The translations under genes and the position numbers were made by a program. A DNA stretch of 64,000 bases from Escherichia phage HK6: the sequence record PP724615.1; one strand, 5' to 3'. Shown piece after piece: positions 24,565 to 34,020 of the stretch (position 1 is the first letter of the stretch; the number at the start of each line of letters is the position of its first letter). The notes under the pieces are model-generated. The model saw nothing but the letters and a program-made list of their open reading frames with translations, searched no databases and was not told the origin of the DNA.

Positions 24565-25324
24565 ACTGAACTGGAACGTAGAAGGTGTAACCGAGTCTCT
24601 GAAAGCAAAAGCCACTGCTCTGGGTGTTGCTGTAATCTCTCAAGAACAAGTAGCTGCTATCGCTGCTGAACTGGCTGCTGAAACTGGCAAAGATGTTACT
24701 GCTCGCTCTGTTGGCTCTAAACTGCGTAAAGAAGGTTTTGAAGTACAGAAAGCTAACGAAGTGCAGAAATCTCCGTGGACTCCTGAGCAGGAAGCTGAAC
24801 TGGTTGATTTCCTGAACGCTCATGCTGGTCAGTATACCTATGCTGAAATCGCTGCTGCTGTAGCTGGTGGTCAGTTCGGTGCTAAACAGGTACAGGGTAA
24901 GATCCTGAGTCTGGAAATGACCGCTTCTGTTAAACCAACTGAAAAAGCTGCTGCTGTTCGTTCCTTCACTCCGGATGAAGAAACTGATTTTGTTAATCAG
25001 GTTGTTGCTGGTGCTACTATTGAAGCTATCGCTGCTCACTTCGGTCGCAATATTAAGCAGATCCGTGGTAAAGCTCTGAGCCTGCTTCGTGAAGGTCGTA
25101 TTGCTGCTATGCCGGTACAGGAAACTTCAAGTGCTAAAACTCGTGAAGATCTGTTAGAAGGTCTAGATCTGGTTAACATGACTGTTGCTGAGATCGCTGA
25201 GAAAACCGGTAAGTCTGAGCGTGGTGTTAAATCTATGCTGTCTCGTCGTGGTCTGGTTGCTAAGGACTATGATGGTGCCGCTAAGCGTGCTAAACTGGAT
25301 GCAAAAGCTGCGGCTGCTGAATAA
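24557..25324 (+). CDS. Ala-rich protein with four sigma-region-4-like HTH repeats (255 aa)
   Basis: Four repeats of (T/V).AEIA....G.......(I/V)...L.....G, for example 'TIEAIAAHFGRNIKQIRGKALSLLREGRI'. Strong E. coli-optimal codon bias (GCT, CTG, CGT, GGT). Confidence 0.6.
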   Translation: MSKLNWNVEGVTESLKAKATALGVAVISQEQVAAIAAELAAETGKDVTARSVGSKLRKEGFEVQKANEVQKSPWTPEQEAELVDFLNAHAGQYTYAEIAAAVAGGQFGAKQVQGKILSLEMTASVKPTEKAAAVRSFTPDEETDFVNQVVAGATIEAIAAHFGRNIKQIRGKALSLLREGRIAAMPVQETSSAKTREDLLEGLDLVNMTVAEIAEKTGKSERGVKSMLSRRGLVAKDYDGAAKRAKLDAKAAAAE

Positions 25325-25342
25325 TCTGGTAAATTAAACCTA

Positions 25343-25373
25343 AGGGGAGGGGGCTATGCTCCTTCCCCTTTTT
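25343..25373 (+). terminator. rho-independent terminator
   Basis: GGGGAGGGGGC-TATG-CTCCTTCCCC hairpin followed by TTTTT. Confidence 0.6.
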
Positions 25374-25406
25374 GCATTTAGAAGGCACGAAAGCGTGCAA
25401 AGGAGA

Positions 25407-26879
25407 ATGACCTTGTTTAACGTGCAAGCTGTAGTGTTGAAGATGCTTCTCGCTTCCGAACAGAAGCAAATAGCATTGGAAACATTCTCAAAACTGCATA
25501 AAGATCATTTTAATGACGCTTTCTCCTCAATTTACCAAGCCGTCCAGAATTATTATAAAAAATATAACACAATGCCGTCCATTGACGCACTTATGCTTGA
25601 AGCTAATAGGAACGCCCGCCTTTCTCAAGCTCTAGTCGTCTTAGCTAACACTCAAATTCCAGAAGTGAGCATGGAACAGGCACTTGAAGTCCTAGAGGCC
25701 GAATATACACAGGATTTATTCCTGAAGCTTCTAGAAACAGACGTGCTTCAAGATTTAACAATGCTGGATCAGGGAGAAATTCTCAACCGAGTTGCCTCCC
25801 TTCACTTAAAATTAGAAGAGAAAGTAACGAATACTGGAAAAGTATTCAACGCAGATAACATGCGTATTTTCCAGAGAGAAGAAGATACCAAACTGAACTT
25901 AATCGCTCTTGGTATTTGTAATGAGTTCGACGCTCAAATTGGTTTAGCTCGCACAGAAACGTTACTGCTTGGTGGTTGGCGTGGTACTGGTAAATCCATT
26001 ATCTGTTCAAACATACAGGTTCAGCAATATTTGAATGGGGATATTGCTCCATACTTCTCAATTGAGATGAAAGAACATGAAGTATTTAGACGTAATCTAG
26101 CCATGTTAGCTGGTGTATCAGCATTAGCAATGCGTAATAATACTCTAGAAGGTGCAGCTCTATTAAGATTAGCCAGAACTAGAGCTAGAATGTTTAATGG
26201 TGGTGAAGAGCTTTTCGATAACTTCGTTAAACAGTACACAATGGCTAAGATGAGTGATTTCTACGATATGGAGAGTAAACTAATAGAAGGGTATGAGCTA
26301 CATACTCCTATGATTATTGTTTATGACCCTGAGCTGTCTATTACAACAGTTGACGTAGAATTAAATAAATTAGTTGCTAGATATGGAGATAAAGTTACAG
26401 TAGCTTTACTGGACTATATTAACCAAACCCGACTTCCAGATTCTAAAACCATTGATATGTATGACTGGAAAGAACAGATGGTTGTTAGCTCGTCTTTCAA
26501 ATCTATCTGCCAGAAACATAACGTGGCTGGTGTAGCTCCTTACCAGATCGATCAAGATGGTAGAACACGTATGTCAAAGGGGATTCTTGATTCCGCAGAC
26601 ATGGCTGCTAATCTTAATGCTGCAAAAGCTGATAATGGTCAAGGTGCTATTATGTTTGACTTCGTTAAGACTCGTTCTTCTGATAGCGTGAAGTTTATGC
26701 CTAAAATGAACTGGGAAACTCTGCGAATGGATAACACTACCAACCTAGCAATGGAAGATATATCTCAAATGGAAGCTGAGTTCGTTATCCCTATTGAGAA
26801 GGATAAGCCGGCTCAACCTAAACGTGCTAAGAAAGACAAAACTGAAAATTCAACAGGTGAACAGGCCAGCGATATATGA
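25407..26879 (+). CDS. DnaB-like replicative helicase
   Basis: RecA-like C-terminal domain with Walker A 'GGWRGTGKS' and an N-terminal helical domain. Start at 'MTLFNV' with an AAAGGAGA RBS. The track start at 25356 lies inside the terminator. Confidence 0.65.
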   Translation: MTLFNVQAVVLKMLLASEQKQIALETFSKLHKDHFNDAFSSIYQAVQNYYKKYNTMPSIDALMLEANRNARLSQALVVLANTQIPEVSMEQALEVLEAEYTQDLFLKLLETDVLQDLTMLDQGEILNRVASLHLKLEEKVTNTGKVFNADNMRIFQREEDTKLNLIALGICNEFDAQIGLARTETLLLGGWRGTGKSIICSNIQVQQYLNGDIAPYFSIEMKEHEVFRRNLAMLAGVSALAMRNNTLEGAALLRLARTRARMFNGGEELFDNFVKQYTMAKMSDFYDMESKLIEGYELHTPMIIVYDPELSITTVDVELNKLVARYGDKVTVALLDYINQTRLPDSKTIDMYDWKEQMVVSSSFKSICQKHNVAGVAPYQIDQDGRTRMSKGILDSADMAANLNAAKADNGQGAIMFDFVKTRSSDSVKFMPKMNWETLRMDNTTNLAMEDISQMEAEFVIPIEKDKPAQPKRAKKDKTENSTGEQASDI

Positions 26880-27766
26880 GTAGAATAACAGAACTACTTG
26901 ATCTGAAAGGCATTGAATATAAAGACACAGGTGGGGACATCCTCATCTGTTGTCTCAATCCAGATCATGACGATAAACACCCAAGTTTGCGTATTGATCC
27001 TGAAACAGGTATTATGCACTGCTTGAGTTGTGGCTTCGGTAAAGGTATACCGAGCATTTACCATTATTTTAATGAGACTCAGTACAGACAGTCCCCAAGG
27101 CTATCGCAAGTACGCAAAAAGATTTCAGAGATTAGGAATGGATCAACGAATCTTGCAATTCCTGAATCTGCTTACCTTTTCGAAGGTGATTTCCGAGGTA
27201 TAAGTTCTAAGACCTTGAAGAAATATTTTGCTTTCCAACACCAAGCAGACTGGGAAGGCAGAATTGTATTCCCAATCACAGATGCTGTTGGACGCAATAT
27301 CCTATTTTTGGGTCGTTCTATAAACAGTTCTGCCCCTCCTAAATACTTAGTAAAACCAAAACAAGTTTCACCGCCGATTTTCCCTGTACGATATAATACT
27401 CCAGTGCTTATTCTAGTTGAAGGTATCTTTGATATGCTGAACCTAGAGGATAATGGTATAGACTATGCTTCTTGCTGCTTTGGTACACATCAGTTCACTT
27501 CAGATAACATTGCAGATAAGTTCAGTCCTTATATTATTGCTGGTGTAAAAGTTGTTGTTATCTTACTAGATAATGATGCTTCTGGTAATAAAGCTGCACA
27601 AGCGTTGGCCAAGCTAATTCGTACAAAAACGCGTTTAACACCTGTAGTTGCTAACTTTCTCCTACCTGAAGGCAAAGATCCAGGTGAGTTAAACAAAGAT
27701 GAAATTGATATGTTAGCAAAACGTATTGAAATTTTAGTTGCTGAATCGCTTAAAGATTTGGTATAA
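26876..27766 (+). CDS. DNA primase (DnaG-like)
   Basis: CHC2 Zn finger 'CCLNPDHDDKHPS....CLSCG' and Toprim 'ILVEGIFDM...LLDNDASG'. 296 aa. Confidence 0.8.
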   Translation: MSRITELLDLKGIEYKDTGGDILICCLNPDHDDKHPSLRIDPETGIMHCLSCGFGKGIPSIYHYFNETQYRQSPRLSQVRKKISEIRNGSTNLAIPESAYLFEGDFRGISSKTLKKYFAFQHQADWEGRIVFPITDAVGRNILFLGRSINSSAPPKYLVKPKQVSPPIFPVRYNTPVLILVEGIFDMLNLEDNGIDYASCCFGTHQFTSDNIADKFSPYIIAGVKVVVILLDNDASGNKAAQALAKLIRTKTRLTPVVANFLLPEGKDPGELNKDEIDMLAKRIEILVAESLKDLV

Positions 27767-27828
27767 TATATTGGTAAGTTAGAGAAGAAACACTGAAGTT
27801 ATACTTACTTACCAAGAGGAGATTAAAT

Positions 27829-30396
27829 TTGAAAATCGCAGTAGTTGATAAAGCTCTAAATAACACTCGTTATGATAAACATTTCCAGCTATACGGCGAG
27901 GAAGTTGATGTATTCCATATGTGTAACGAGAAGTTATCTGGTCGTTTGCTTAAAAAGCACATTACTATTGGAACACCAGAAAACCCATTTGATCCGAATG
28001 ATTATGATTTTGTTATACTAGTAGGTGCTGAACCTTTCCTGTATTTCGCAGGTAAGAAAGGCATTGGTGACTATACTGGTAAACGTGTAGAGTATAATGG
28101 ATATGCTAACTGGATTGCGAGTATCAGCCCAGCCCAGTTACACTTTAAACCTGAAATGAAACCAGTTTTTGATGCAACAGTAGAGAATATCCACGATATT
28201 ATCAATGGTCGTGAGAAGATTGCAAAAGCTGGTGATTACCGTCCTATTACTGACCCTGACGAGGCGGAAGAATATATCAAGATGGTGTATAATATGGTTA
28301 TCGGACCTGTAGCATTCGACTCCGAAACCTCAGCACTATACTGTCGAGATGGTTATCTGCTTGGTGTTTCTATGTCTCACCAAGAGTATCAGGGTGTGTA
28401 TATCGATTCTGATTGCCTCACAGAGGTTGCAGTATATTATCTCCAGAAAATTCTGGATAGTGAAAATCACACTATTGTTTTTCACAACCTGAAGTTTGAT
28501 ATGCACTTTTATAAGTACCATCTGGGACTTACTTTTGACAAAGCACATAAAGAACGCAGGCTCCATGATACCATGTTGCAGCATTATGTTCTGGATGAGC
28601 GTCGTGGTACTCATGGCTTGAAATCTCTAGCAATGAAGTATACCGATATGGGTGACTATGACTTTGAACTAGATAAGTTCAAGGAGGATTACTGCAAAGC
28701 ACATAAAATCAAGAAAGAAGATTTCACTTATGATTTAATTCCGTTTGATATTATGTGGCCTTACGCTGCAAAAGATACCGATGCCACCATACGTTTGCAC
28801 AATTTCTTCTTACCAAAAATTGAGAAGAATGAAAAACTTTGCAGTCTGTATTATGATGTTCTAATGCCTGGTTGTGTATTTCTCCAGCGTGTTGAGGATC
28901 GTGGTGTACCAATTTCTATTGATCGCTTGAAAGAAGCTCAGTATCAGTTAACTCATAATCTGAATAAAGCTCGTGAGAAGCTGTATACTTATCCAGAAGT
29001 CGTTCAGCTAGAGAAAGATCAGAACGAAGCGTTTAACCCAAACTCTGTTAAACAACTCCGTGTTCTTCTGTTTGATTATGTTGGCTTAACTCCAACAGGT
29101 AAATTGACGGATACTGGAGCAGACTCTACAGATGCAGAGGCTTTGAACGAATTGTCTACGCAGCATCCAATTGCTAAGACTCTACTAGAAATTCGTAAGC
29201 TGACTAAGCTGATCTCTACTTATGTTGAGAAGATTCTTCTGAGTATTGATGCAGATGGTTGCATTCGTACTGGCTTCCATGAACACATGACTACTTCTGG
29301 TCGTCTGAGTTCTTCTGGTAAACTGAACCTGCAACAGTTACCTCGTGATGAATCTATTATCAAGGGTTGTGTAGTAGCTCCTCCCGGGTATCGTGTAATC
29401 GCATGGGACTTAACAACTGCGGAAGTTTATTATGCTGCTGTTCTATCTGGTGATAGAAATATGCAACAGGTATTTATCAACATGAGAAATGAACCTGATA
29501 AATACCCTGACTTCCACTCTAACATCGCACACATGGTATTTAAGCTCCAATGCGAACCTCGTGATGTTAAAAAGTTGTTCCCAGCTCTGCGTCAGGCTGC
29601 TAAGGCAATTACCTTTGGTATTTTGTATGGTTCTGGCCCGGCTAAAGTAGCTCATTCTGTTAATGAAGCTCTTCTGGAACAAGCTGCTAAGACAGGCGAA
29701 CCGTTTGTAGAATGTACTGTTGCAGATGCTAAAGAGTACATTGAAACTTATTTCGGTCAGTTCCCGCAGCTTAAGCGTTGGATTGATAAGTGCCACGATC
29801 AAATCAAGAATCATGGGTTTATCTATAGTCACTTTGGGCGTAAACGTCGTCTGCATAATATCCACTCCGAAGACCGTGGTGTTCAGGGTGAAGAAATTCG
29901 TTCTGGATTTAACGCAATCATTCAGTCTGCTTCCTCTGATAGCCTCCTTTTAGGTGCTGTAGATGCAGATAATGAGATCATTTCTCTTGGCCTAGAACAA
30001 GAGATGAAGATTGTTATGCTGGTTCATGACTCCGTAGTTGCTATTGTTCGTGAGGATTTGATTGATCAATACAATGAAATCCTGATTCGTAATATCCAAA
30101 AAGACCGTGGTATCAGTATTCCTGGCTGTCCGATTGGTATTGATTCTGATTCTGAAGCTGGAGGTTCTCGTGACTACTCTTGTGGTAAGATGAAGAAGCA
30201 GCATCCATCAATCGCTTGTATTGATGATGATGAATATACTCGTTATGTCAAGGGTGTATTACTTGACGCAGAATTCGAGTATAAGAAACTAGCTGCAATG
30301 GATAAAGAGCATCCAGATCATAGCAAATACAAGGATGATAAGTTTATTGCTGTATGTAAAGATTTGGATAACGTGAGAAGGATTCTCGGTGCTTGA
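27829..30396 (+). CDS. DNA polymerase (family A) with 3'-5' exonuclease
   Basis: Exo I 'VAFDSETSALY'. Pol motifs 'DLTTAEVYY', 'RQAAKAITFGILYG' (motif B) and 'LVHDSVV' (motif C). 855 aa, the same length as the T5 polymerase. TTG start 6 nt after AGAGGAGA. Confidence 0.9.
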   Translation: MKIAVVDKALNNTRYDKHFQLYGEEVDVFHMCNEKLSGRLLKKHITIGTPENPFDPNDYDFVILVGAEPFLYFAGKKGIGDYTGKRVEYNGYANWIASISPAQLHFKPEMKPVFDATVENIHDIINGREKIAKAGDYRPITDPDEAEEYIKMVYNMVIGPVAFDSETSALYCRDGYLLGVSMSHQEYQGVYIDSDCLTEVAVYYLQKILDSENHTIVFHNLKFDMHFYKYHLGLTFDKAHKERRLHDTMLQHYVLDERRGTHGLKSLAMKYTDMGDYDFELDKFKEDYCKAHKIKKEDFTYDLIPFDIMWPYAAKDTDATIRLHNFFLPKIEKNEKLCSLYYDVLMPGCVFLQRVEDRGVPISIDRLKEAQYQLTHNLNKAREKLYTYPEVVQLEKDQNEAFNPNSVKQLRVLLFDYVGLTPTGKLTDTGADSTDAEALNELSTQHPIAKTLLEIRKLTKLISTYVEKILLSIDADGCIRTGFHEHMTTSGRLSSSGKLNLQQLPRDESIIKGCVVAPPGYRVIAWDLTTAEVYYAAVLSGDRNMQQVFINMRNEPDKYPDFHSNIAHMVFKLQCEPRDVKKLFPALRQAAKAITFGILYGSGPAKVAHSVNEALLEQAAKTGEPFVECTVADAKEYIETYFGQFPQLKRWIDKCHDQIKNHGFIYSHFGRKRRLHNIHSEDRGVQGEEIRSGFNAIIQSASSDSLLLGAVDADNEIISLGLEQEMKIVMLVHDSVVAIVREDLIDQYNEILIRNIQKDRGISIPGCPIGIDSDSEAGGSRDYSCGKMKKQHPSIACIDDDEYTRYVKGVLLDAEFEYKKLAAMDKEHPDHSKYKDDKFIAVCKDLDNVRRILGA

Positions 30397-30886
30397 TTTC
30401 AAATTGCCCGTATATGCTTTACGGGCGTTTGTATCAATTGAGCAAGAAGGTGATTATTCCGTAATTACAACAAGGTATAATAAATACGTGCTAGATAACA
30501 GGAAGTTGCCTGGCACTTTTTCTCAACGTAGGCTTATTCTATTTGAGAAACGGAAAGAATTACCATACAAGCTCTATCCTATTAGAGGTAGAATATCAAT
30601 GTTGTCTCAATTAGTTGGGTCAAAGCGTAGCCAATTTATAGATTCTGATGGAAATCTTATTAACTGGAAGAAAACTACGTTCTATGATGTTGTCACCTCT
30701 AAAGTTTTGCATTCAGCTAGAATTTATAACGGAAAATACCAATGCTATGTAGCTAAAGTTCCATACCCATTTGTATTATCCTATGTTCCAGCTTATATAA
30801 GCTATATTCTGGTAAATAATAGCCCTGTTATTTATCAAGTCCATCAAGAGGAGCCTGAAATTCCTAGACTTAGAATAAAATTATGA
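30389..30886 (+). CDS. hypothetical protein (165 aa)
   Basis: ORF overlapping the polymerase stop. Confidence 0.45.
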   Translation: MLDFKLPVYALRAFVSIEQEGDYSVITTRYNKYVLDNRKLPGTFSQRRLILFEKRKELPYKLYPIRGRISMLSQLVGSKRSQFIDSDGNLINWKKTTFYDVVTSKVLHSARIYNGKYQCYVAKVPYPFVLSYVPAYISYILVNNSPVIYQVHQEEPEIPRLRIKL

Positions 30887-32235
30887 AGGTTGTCATATCT
30901 AATAAAGCATATTTCAAGCCCGATGATGAACTTTGGGATTATTGTAGTAAGCAAACCACTTATCACATTGAGACAATGACTAGTAAATACCCTATTATGT
31001 ATAAGAATAGTGGTGTTGTTGCCAAAGAGATTAAGTGGATTCCTATTACGCGTCTGGACTTACTAGACGCTAAAGGAGTAAAATACGAATTAGTCGATAA
31101 ACGTACATTAGCTCCGGTAGATATACCAAAACCTAAGTTCAAACTGCGTGAAGAAGACCAGCTCCCAATATATGAAGAGTGTGATGATACCTGTATTATT
31201 AATGGTAAGCCCGGATTCGGTAAAACTATCCTAGCCCTTGCACTTGCGTATAAATTTGGCCAAAAAACTCTGGTAATATGTACGAATACATCCATTCGTG
31301 AGATGTGGGCAGCAGAAGTTCGTAAATGGTTTGGGTTTGAGCCTGGTATCATAGGTTCTGGGAAATATAACATTGATCCACCAATTGTGGTCAGTAATAT
31401 TCAAACAGTGAATAAACATGCGAATAATCTTTCTAAAGTATTCGGTACTGTTATAGTTGATGAGGTTCACCATTGTGTGGCTACAACTTTCACTAACTTC
31501 CTAGAAATATCATGTGCTCGCTATAAGATTGGGCTATCTGGAACATTAAAACGTAAAGACGGTCTACAAGTTATGTTCAAAGATTTCTTTGGATATAAGA
31601 TCTTTAGCCCACCGGTTAATAATACTGTTGCACCTACAATCCATAGATACTCCGTACCTGTTGAGTTATCAGGGAACCAAAACGTACCATGGGCATTACG
31701 TGCTAACGATGTATATAATCATCCTGAATATCGAGAGACTATTATAAATCTAGCACATCTATACGTGAATATGGGGCATAAAGTACTCATTGTAAGCGAT
31801 AGAACAGAGTTAATCCAAACAGTACTAGAAGCTCTTGCACAGCGTGGTGTTACAACATATGAAATTATAGGGGCAACCCACTTAGATGATCGATTAAAAA
31901 TTCAGGAAGATATAGCAAAAGGTGGACCTTGTGTACTTGCAGCAGCTCAAAGTATCTTCTCTGAAGGTATTTCTCTTAATGAGTTGTCCTGTTTAATAAT
32001 GGGAAGTCTCATTAATAATGAGTCTCTCATTGAACAGCTTGCAGGTCGTGTTCAACGTATTGTCGATGGTAAACTCGACCCTATTGTTGTAGATCTAATT
32101 ATGAAAGGGGGCACTGGACTAAGACAGGCTTCTGGACGTATGGCAGTATATCGTAACAACGGGTGGAAAACTATTACCATGACTCCGGAGAAAGCAGTTC
32201 AATTAGCTAAAATTGCATTTGGCAACAGCTCATAA
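30883..32235 (+). CDS. SF2 (DExH) helicase, D10-like
   Basis: Walker A 'NGKPGFGKT', DExH 'VIVDEVHH' and motif VI 'QLAGRVQR'. 450 aa. Confidence 0.75.
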   Translation: MKVVISNKAYFKPDDELWDYCSKQTTYHIETMTSKYPIMYKNSGVVAKEIKWIPITRLDLLDAKGVKYELVDKRTLAPVDIPKPKFKLREEDQLPIYEECDDTCIINGKPGFGKTILALALAYKFGQKTLVICTNTSIREMWAAEVRKWFGFEPGIIGSGKYNIDPPIVVSNIQTVNKHANNLSKVFGTVIVDEVHHCVATTFTNFLEISCARYKIGLSGTLKRKDGLQVMFKDFFGYKIFSPPVNNTVAPTIHRYSVPVELSGNQNVPWALRANDVYNHPEYRETIINLAHLYVNMGHKVLIVSDRTELIQTVLEALAQRGVTTYEIIGATHLDDRLKIQEDIAKGGPCVLAAAQSIFSEGISLNELSCLIMGSLINNESLIEQLAGRVQRIVDGKLDPIVVDLIMKGGTGLRQASGRMAVYRNNGWKTITMTPEKAVQLAKIAFGNSS

Positions 32236-32247
32236 ATGATGTATAAT
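32219..32247 (+). promoter_or_regulatory. early promoter TTGGCA-N17-TATAAT
   Basis: Followed by 'ATATACATAAATTTGAGAGAG' and a 6-bp hairpin (TTCGGA...TCCGAA). Confidence 0.5.
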
Positions 32248-32318
32248 ATATACATAAATTTGAGAGAGAAAGTTTCGGATTGATAAGAAAGTCCGAAGCA
32301 GAAAAATAAAAATTTTAG

Positions 32319-32348
32319 TTGCTAAATTCTCTCGAAATCTAGTATAAT
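32319..32348 (+). promoter_or_regulatory. T5-type early promoter TTGCTA-N18-TATAAT
   Basis: Followed by 'ATATACATAAATTCGAGGAG'. Confidence 0.5.
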
Positions 32349-32455
32349 ATATACATAAATTCGAGGAGAAAACAAAAATTAAATTCTTCGATTATGAAAA
32401 GCTATACTTACTAGCTAGAGGAAATTCCGACCTAATTATTAAGCTATTCAAAAGA

Positions 32456-32740
32456 ATGCTTACAGAGCCTGATGCTCACCAATTATTGGTCGGTTCCTCA
32501 TTCATTTTGAATGAATCAACAATAGTTGATAATCCAAATAAATTGTCTAATAGACAACTGGCAGAATATCTAGGAATTTTAAGTCTACGAAATTATGCCG
32601 AATACAAGTTTACAAACGATCCTAGTTTGGACATACAATATGTTCCAGTATGGATACCACGTTTAGTAATCGACACTAACCCACTAATCGCAATTAACAA
32701 ATCGAAATTAATCTTTAAAGAGGAAATAAAATATGGCTAA
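32456..32740 (+). CDS. hypothetical protein (94 aa)
   Basis: ORF whose TAA stop (32738-32740) lies 5 nt downstream of the next gene's ATG (32733), so the genes overlap by 8 nt out of frame. Confidence 0.4.
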   Translation: MLTEPDAHQLLVGSSFILNESTIVDNPNKLSNRQLAEYLGILSLRNYAEYKFTNDPSLDIQYVPVWIPRLVIDTNPLIAINKSKLIFKEEIKYG

Positions 32741-33506
32741 GTCTTGGGGCGAAACTACTGGCGGTTCTAACGATAAAATCGAATTCCTGAAGTTCAACAA
32801 CGGTATCACTCGTGTTCGTATCGTTTCTGGTGTTCTTCCACGTTATGTTTATTGGCTGACTAATAAAGATGGTAACGCAGCTCCTTTCGAATGTCTCCGT
32901 TTTAACCGTGACAAAGAGAGTTTTGTTCGTGGTAAAGCTGATCCGGTTCATGAGATGGGCTTCTTCGAGAAAGAGCTGGATAAAGATGGTAATCGTGTTC
33001 CGCTGAAACCGAAGAAAAACTATATCGCTTTTGTTATCGACCGTTCTGATAACAAACTGAAGGTAATGGAAGTCAAGGCTACTATTCTGAAAGGCATCCA
33101 GTCTATCATGAAGCAGTTGAGCCTGGCAACTCCGTTTGATATTGATATTTCTATCGAGAAAAAAGGTAAAGGTTTCGATACTGAGTATGATGTACAGCAG
33201 ATTGCTGCTATGCAGTTCCAGATTAAGCTGCAAGATCCTAACAGTGCGGAATCTAAGCAATATGTTGCGGATGTAGATCTGATCGGTGAAGCTATGTGTG
33301 ACGAAGATGGCGACATCATTAAGTTCGAAAAAGTTCCTTCTCTGGAACAAACCTATCCGGTTCCTACCTATGAAGAGCAGAAAGAAGCAATCCAAGCCTT
33401 CATGGAAGGTCGTGAGAATAAAGATGATGATGCCAAATCTGGTAATAGCAATGCAGGCTCCCAGAAAGGTATTGACTCAGAAGCTGCAAGCGATCTAGAC
33501 GACTAA
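32733..33506 (+). CDS. D11-like abundant early protein, possible ssDNA-binding protein
   Basis: Acidic C-terminal tail '...DSEAASDLDD' as in SSBs. Strong optimal-codon bias. AAGAGGAAATAAAAT-ATG RBS. 257 aa. Confidence 0.45.
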   Translation: MAKSWGETTGGSNDKIEFLKFNNGITRVRIVSGVLPRYVYWLTNKDGNAAPFECLRFNRDKESFVRGKADPVHEMGFFEKELDKDGNRVPLKPKKNYIAFVIDRSDNKLKVMEVKATILKGIQSIMKQLSLATPFDIDISIEKKGKGFDTEYDVQQIAAMQFQIKLQDPNSAESKQYVADVDLIGEAMCDEDGDIIKFEKVPSLEQTYPVPTYEEQKEAIQAFMEGRENKDDDAKSGNSNAGSQKGIDSEAASDLDD

Positions 33507-33511
33507 TAAAT

Positions 33512-33535
33512 AGAGGGGCTTCGGCCCCTTTTCTT
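33512..33535 (+). terminator. rho-independent terminator
   Basis: AGAGGGGC-TTCG-GCCCCTT hairpin followed by TTCTTAT. Confidence 0.65.
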
Positions 33536-33543
33536 ATATCTTT

Positions 33544-34020
33544 ATGATTACACAAGATAGACTTAAAGAGCTATTGGACTATGATCCTCTAACCGGTATA
33601 TTTAGATGGAAAGTCTCAAGAGGAAGAGTATCAAAAGGATTCATAGCAGGGACGGAAGTATGGGTATCTGATAACTATATCAGATTGGAAATCCGAATTG
33701 ATGGTAAAAGGTATAAAGCACATCAACTAGCTTTCTTATACGTGTATGGATACATTCCAGAAGAAATTGACCATAAGGATAGGAATCCATTAAATAATGC
33801 CATAGATAATTTACTAGACTCTTCTAAGTCACGCAATCAGTTGAATAGAAACAAGAATAGTAATAAAGAATTACCAAAAGGTGTTTTCTTAAAACATTCA
33901 ACTGGTAGATATTTTGTTCAAATTAAAGGTAAGCATTATGGATATACAGATTCCATATATGAAGCAGAGACTGTAGCAAATGCAGTATATGATAGTCTAT
34001 TAAGTGAAAATACTATTTAG
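33544..34020 (+). CDS. HNH homing endonuclease with AP2 DNA-binding domain
   Basis: HNH_3 motif 'IDHKDRNPLNNAIDNL' and a C-terminal AP2-like 'GVFLKHSTGRYFVQIKGKHYGYTDS'. 158 aa. Confidence 0.75.
   Translation: MITQDRLKELLDYDPLTGIFRWKVSRGRVSKGFIAGTEVWVSDNYIRLEIRIDGKRYKAHQLAFLYVYGYIPEEIDHKDRNPLNNAIDNLLDSSKSRNQLNRNKNSNKELPKGVFLKHSTGRYFVQIKGKHYGYTDSIYEAETVANAVYDSLLSENTI

Noticed and set aside
32388-32455. Mini-ORF MKSYTY* as a real gene
   Set aside because: Only 6 codons. It is recorded under the regulatory-spacer finding but not called as a CDS.
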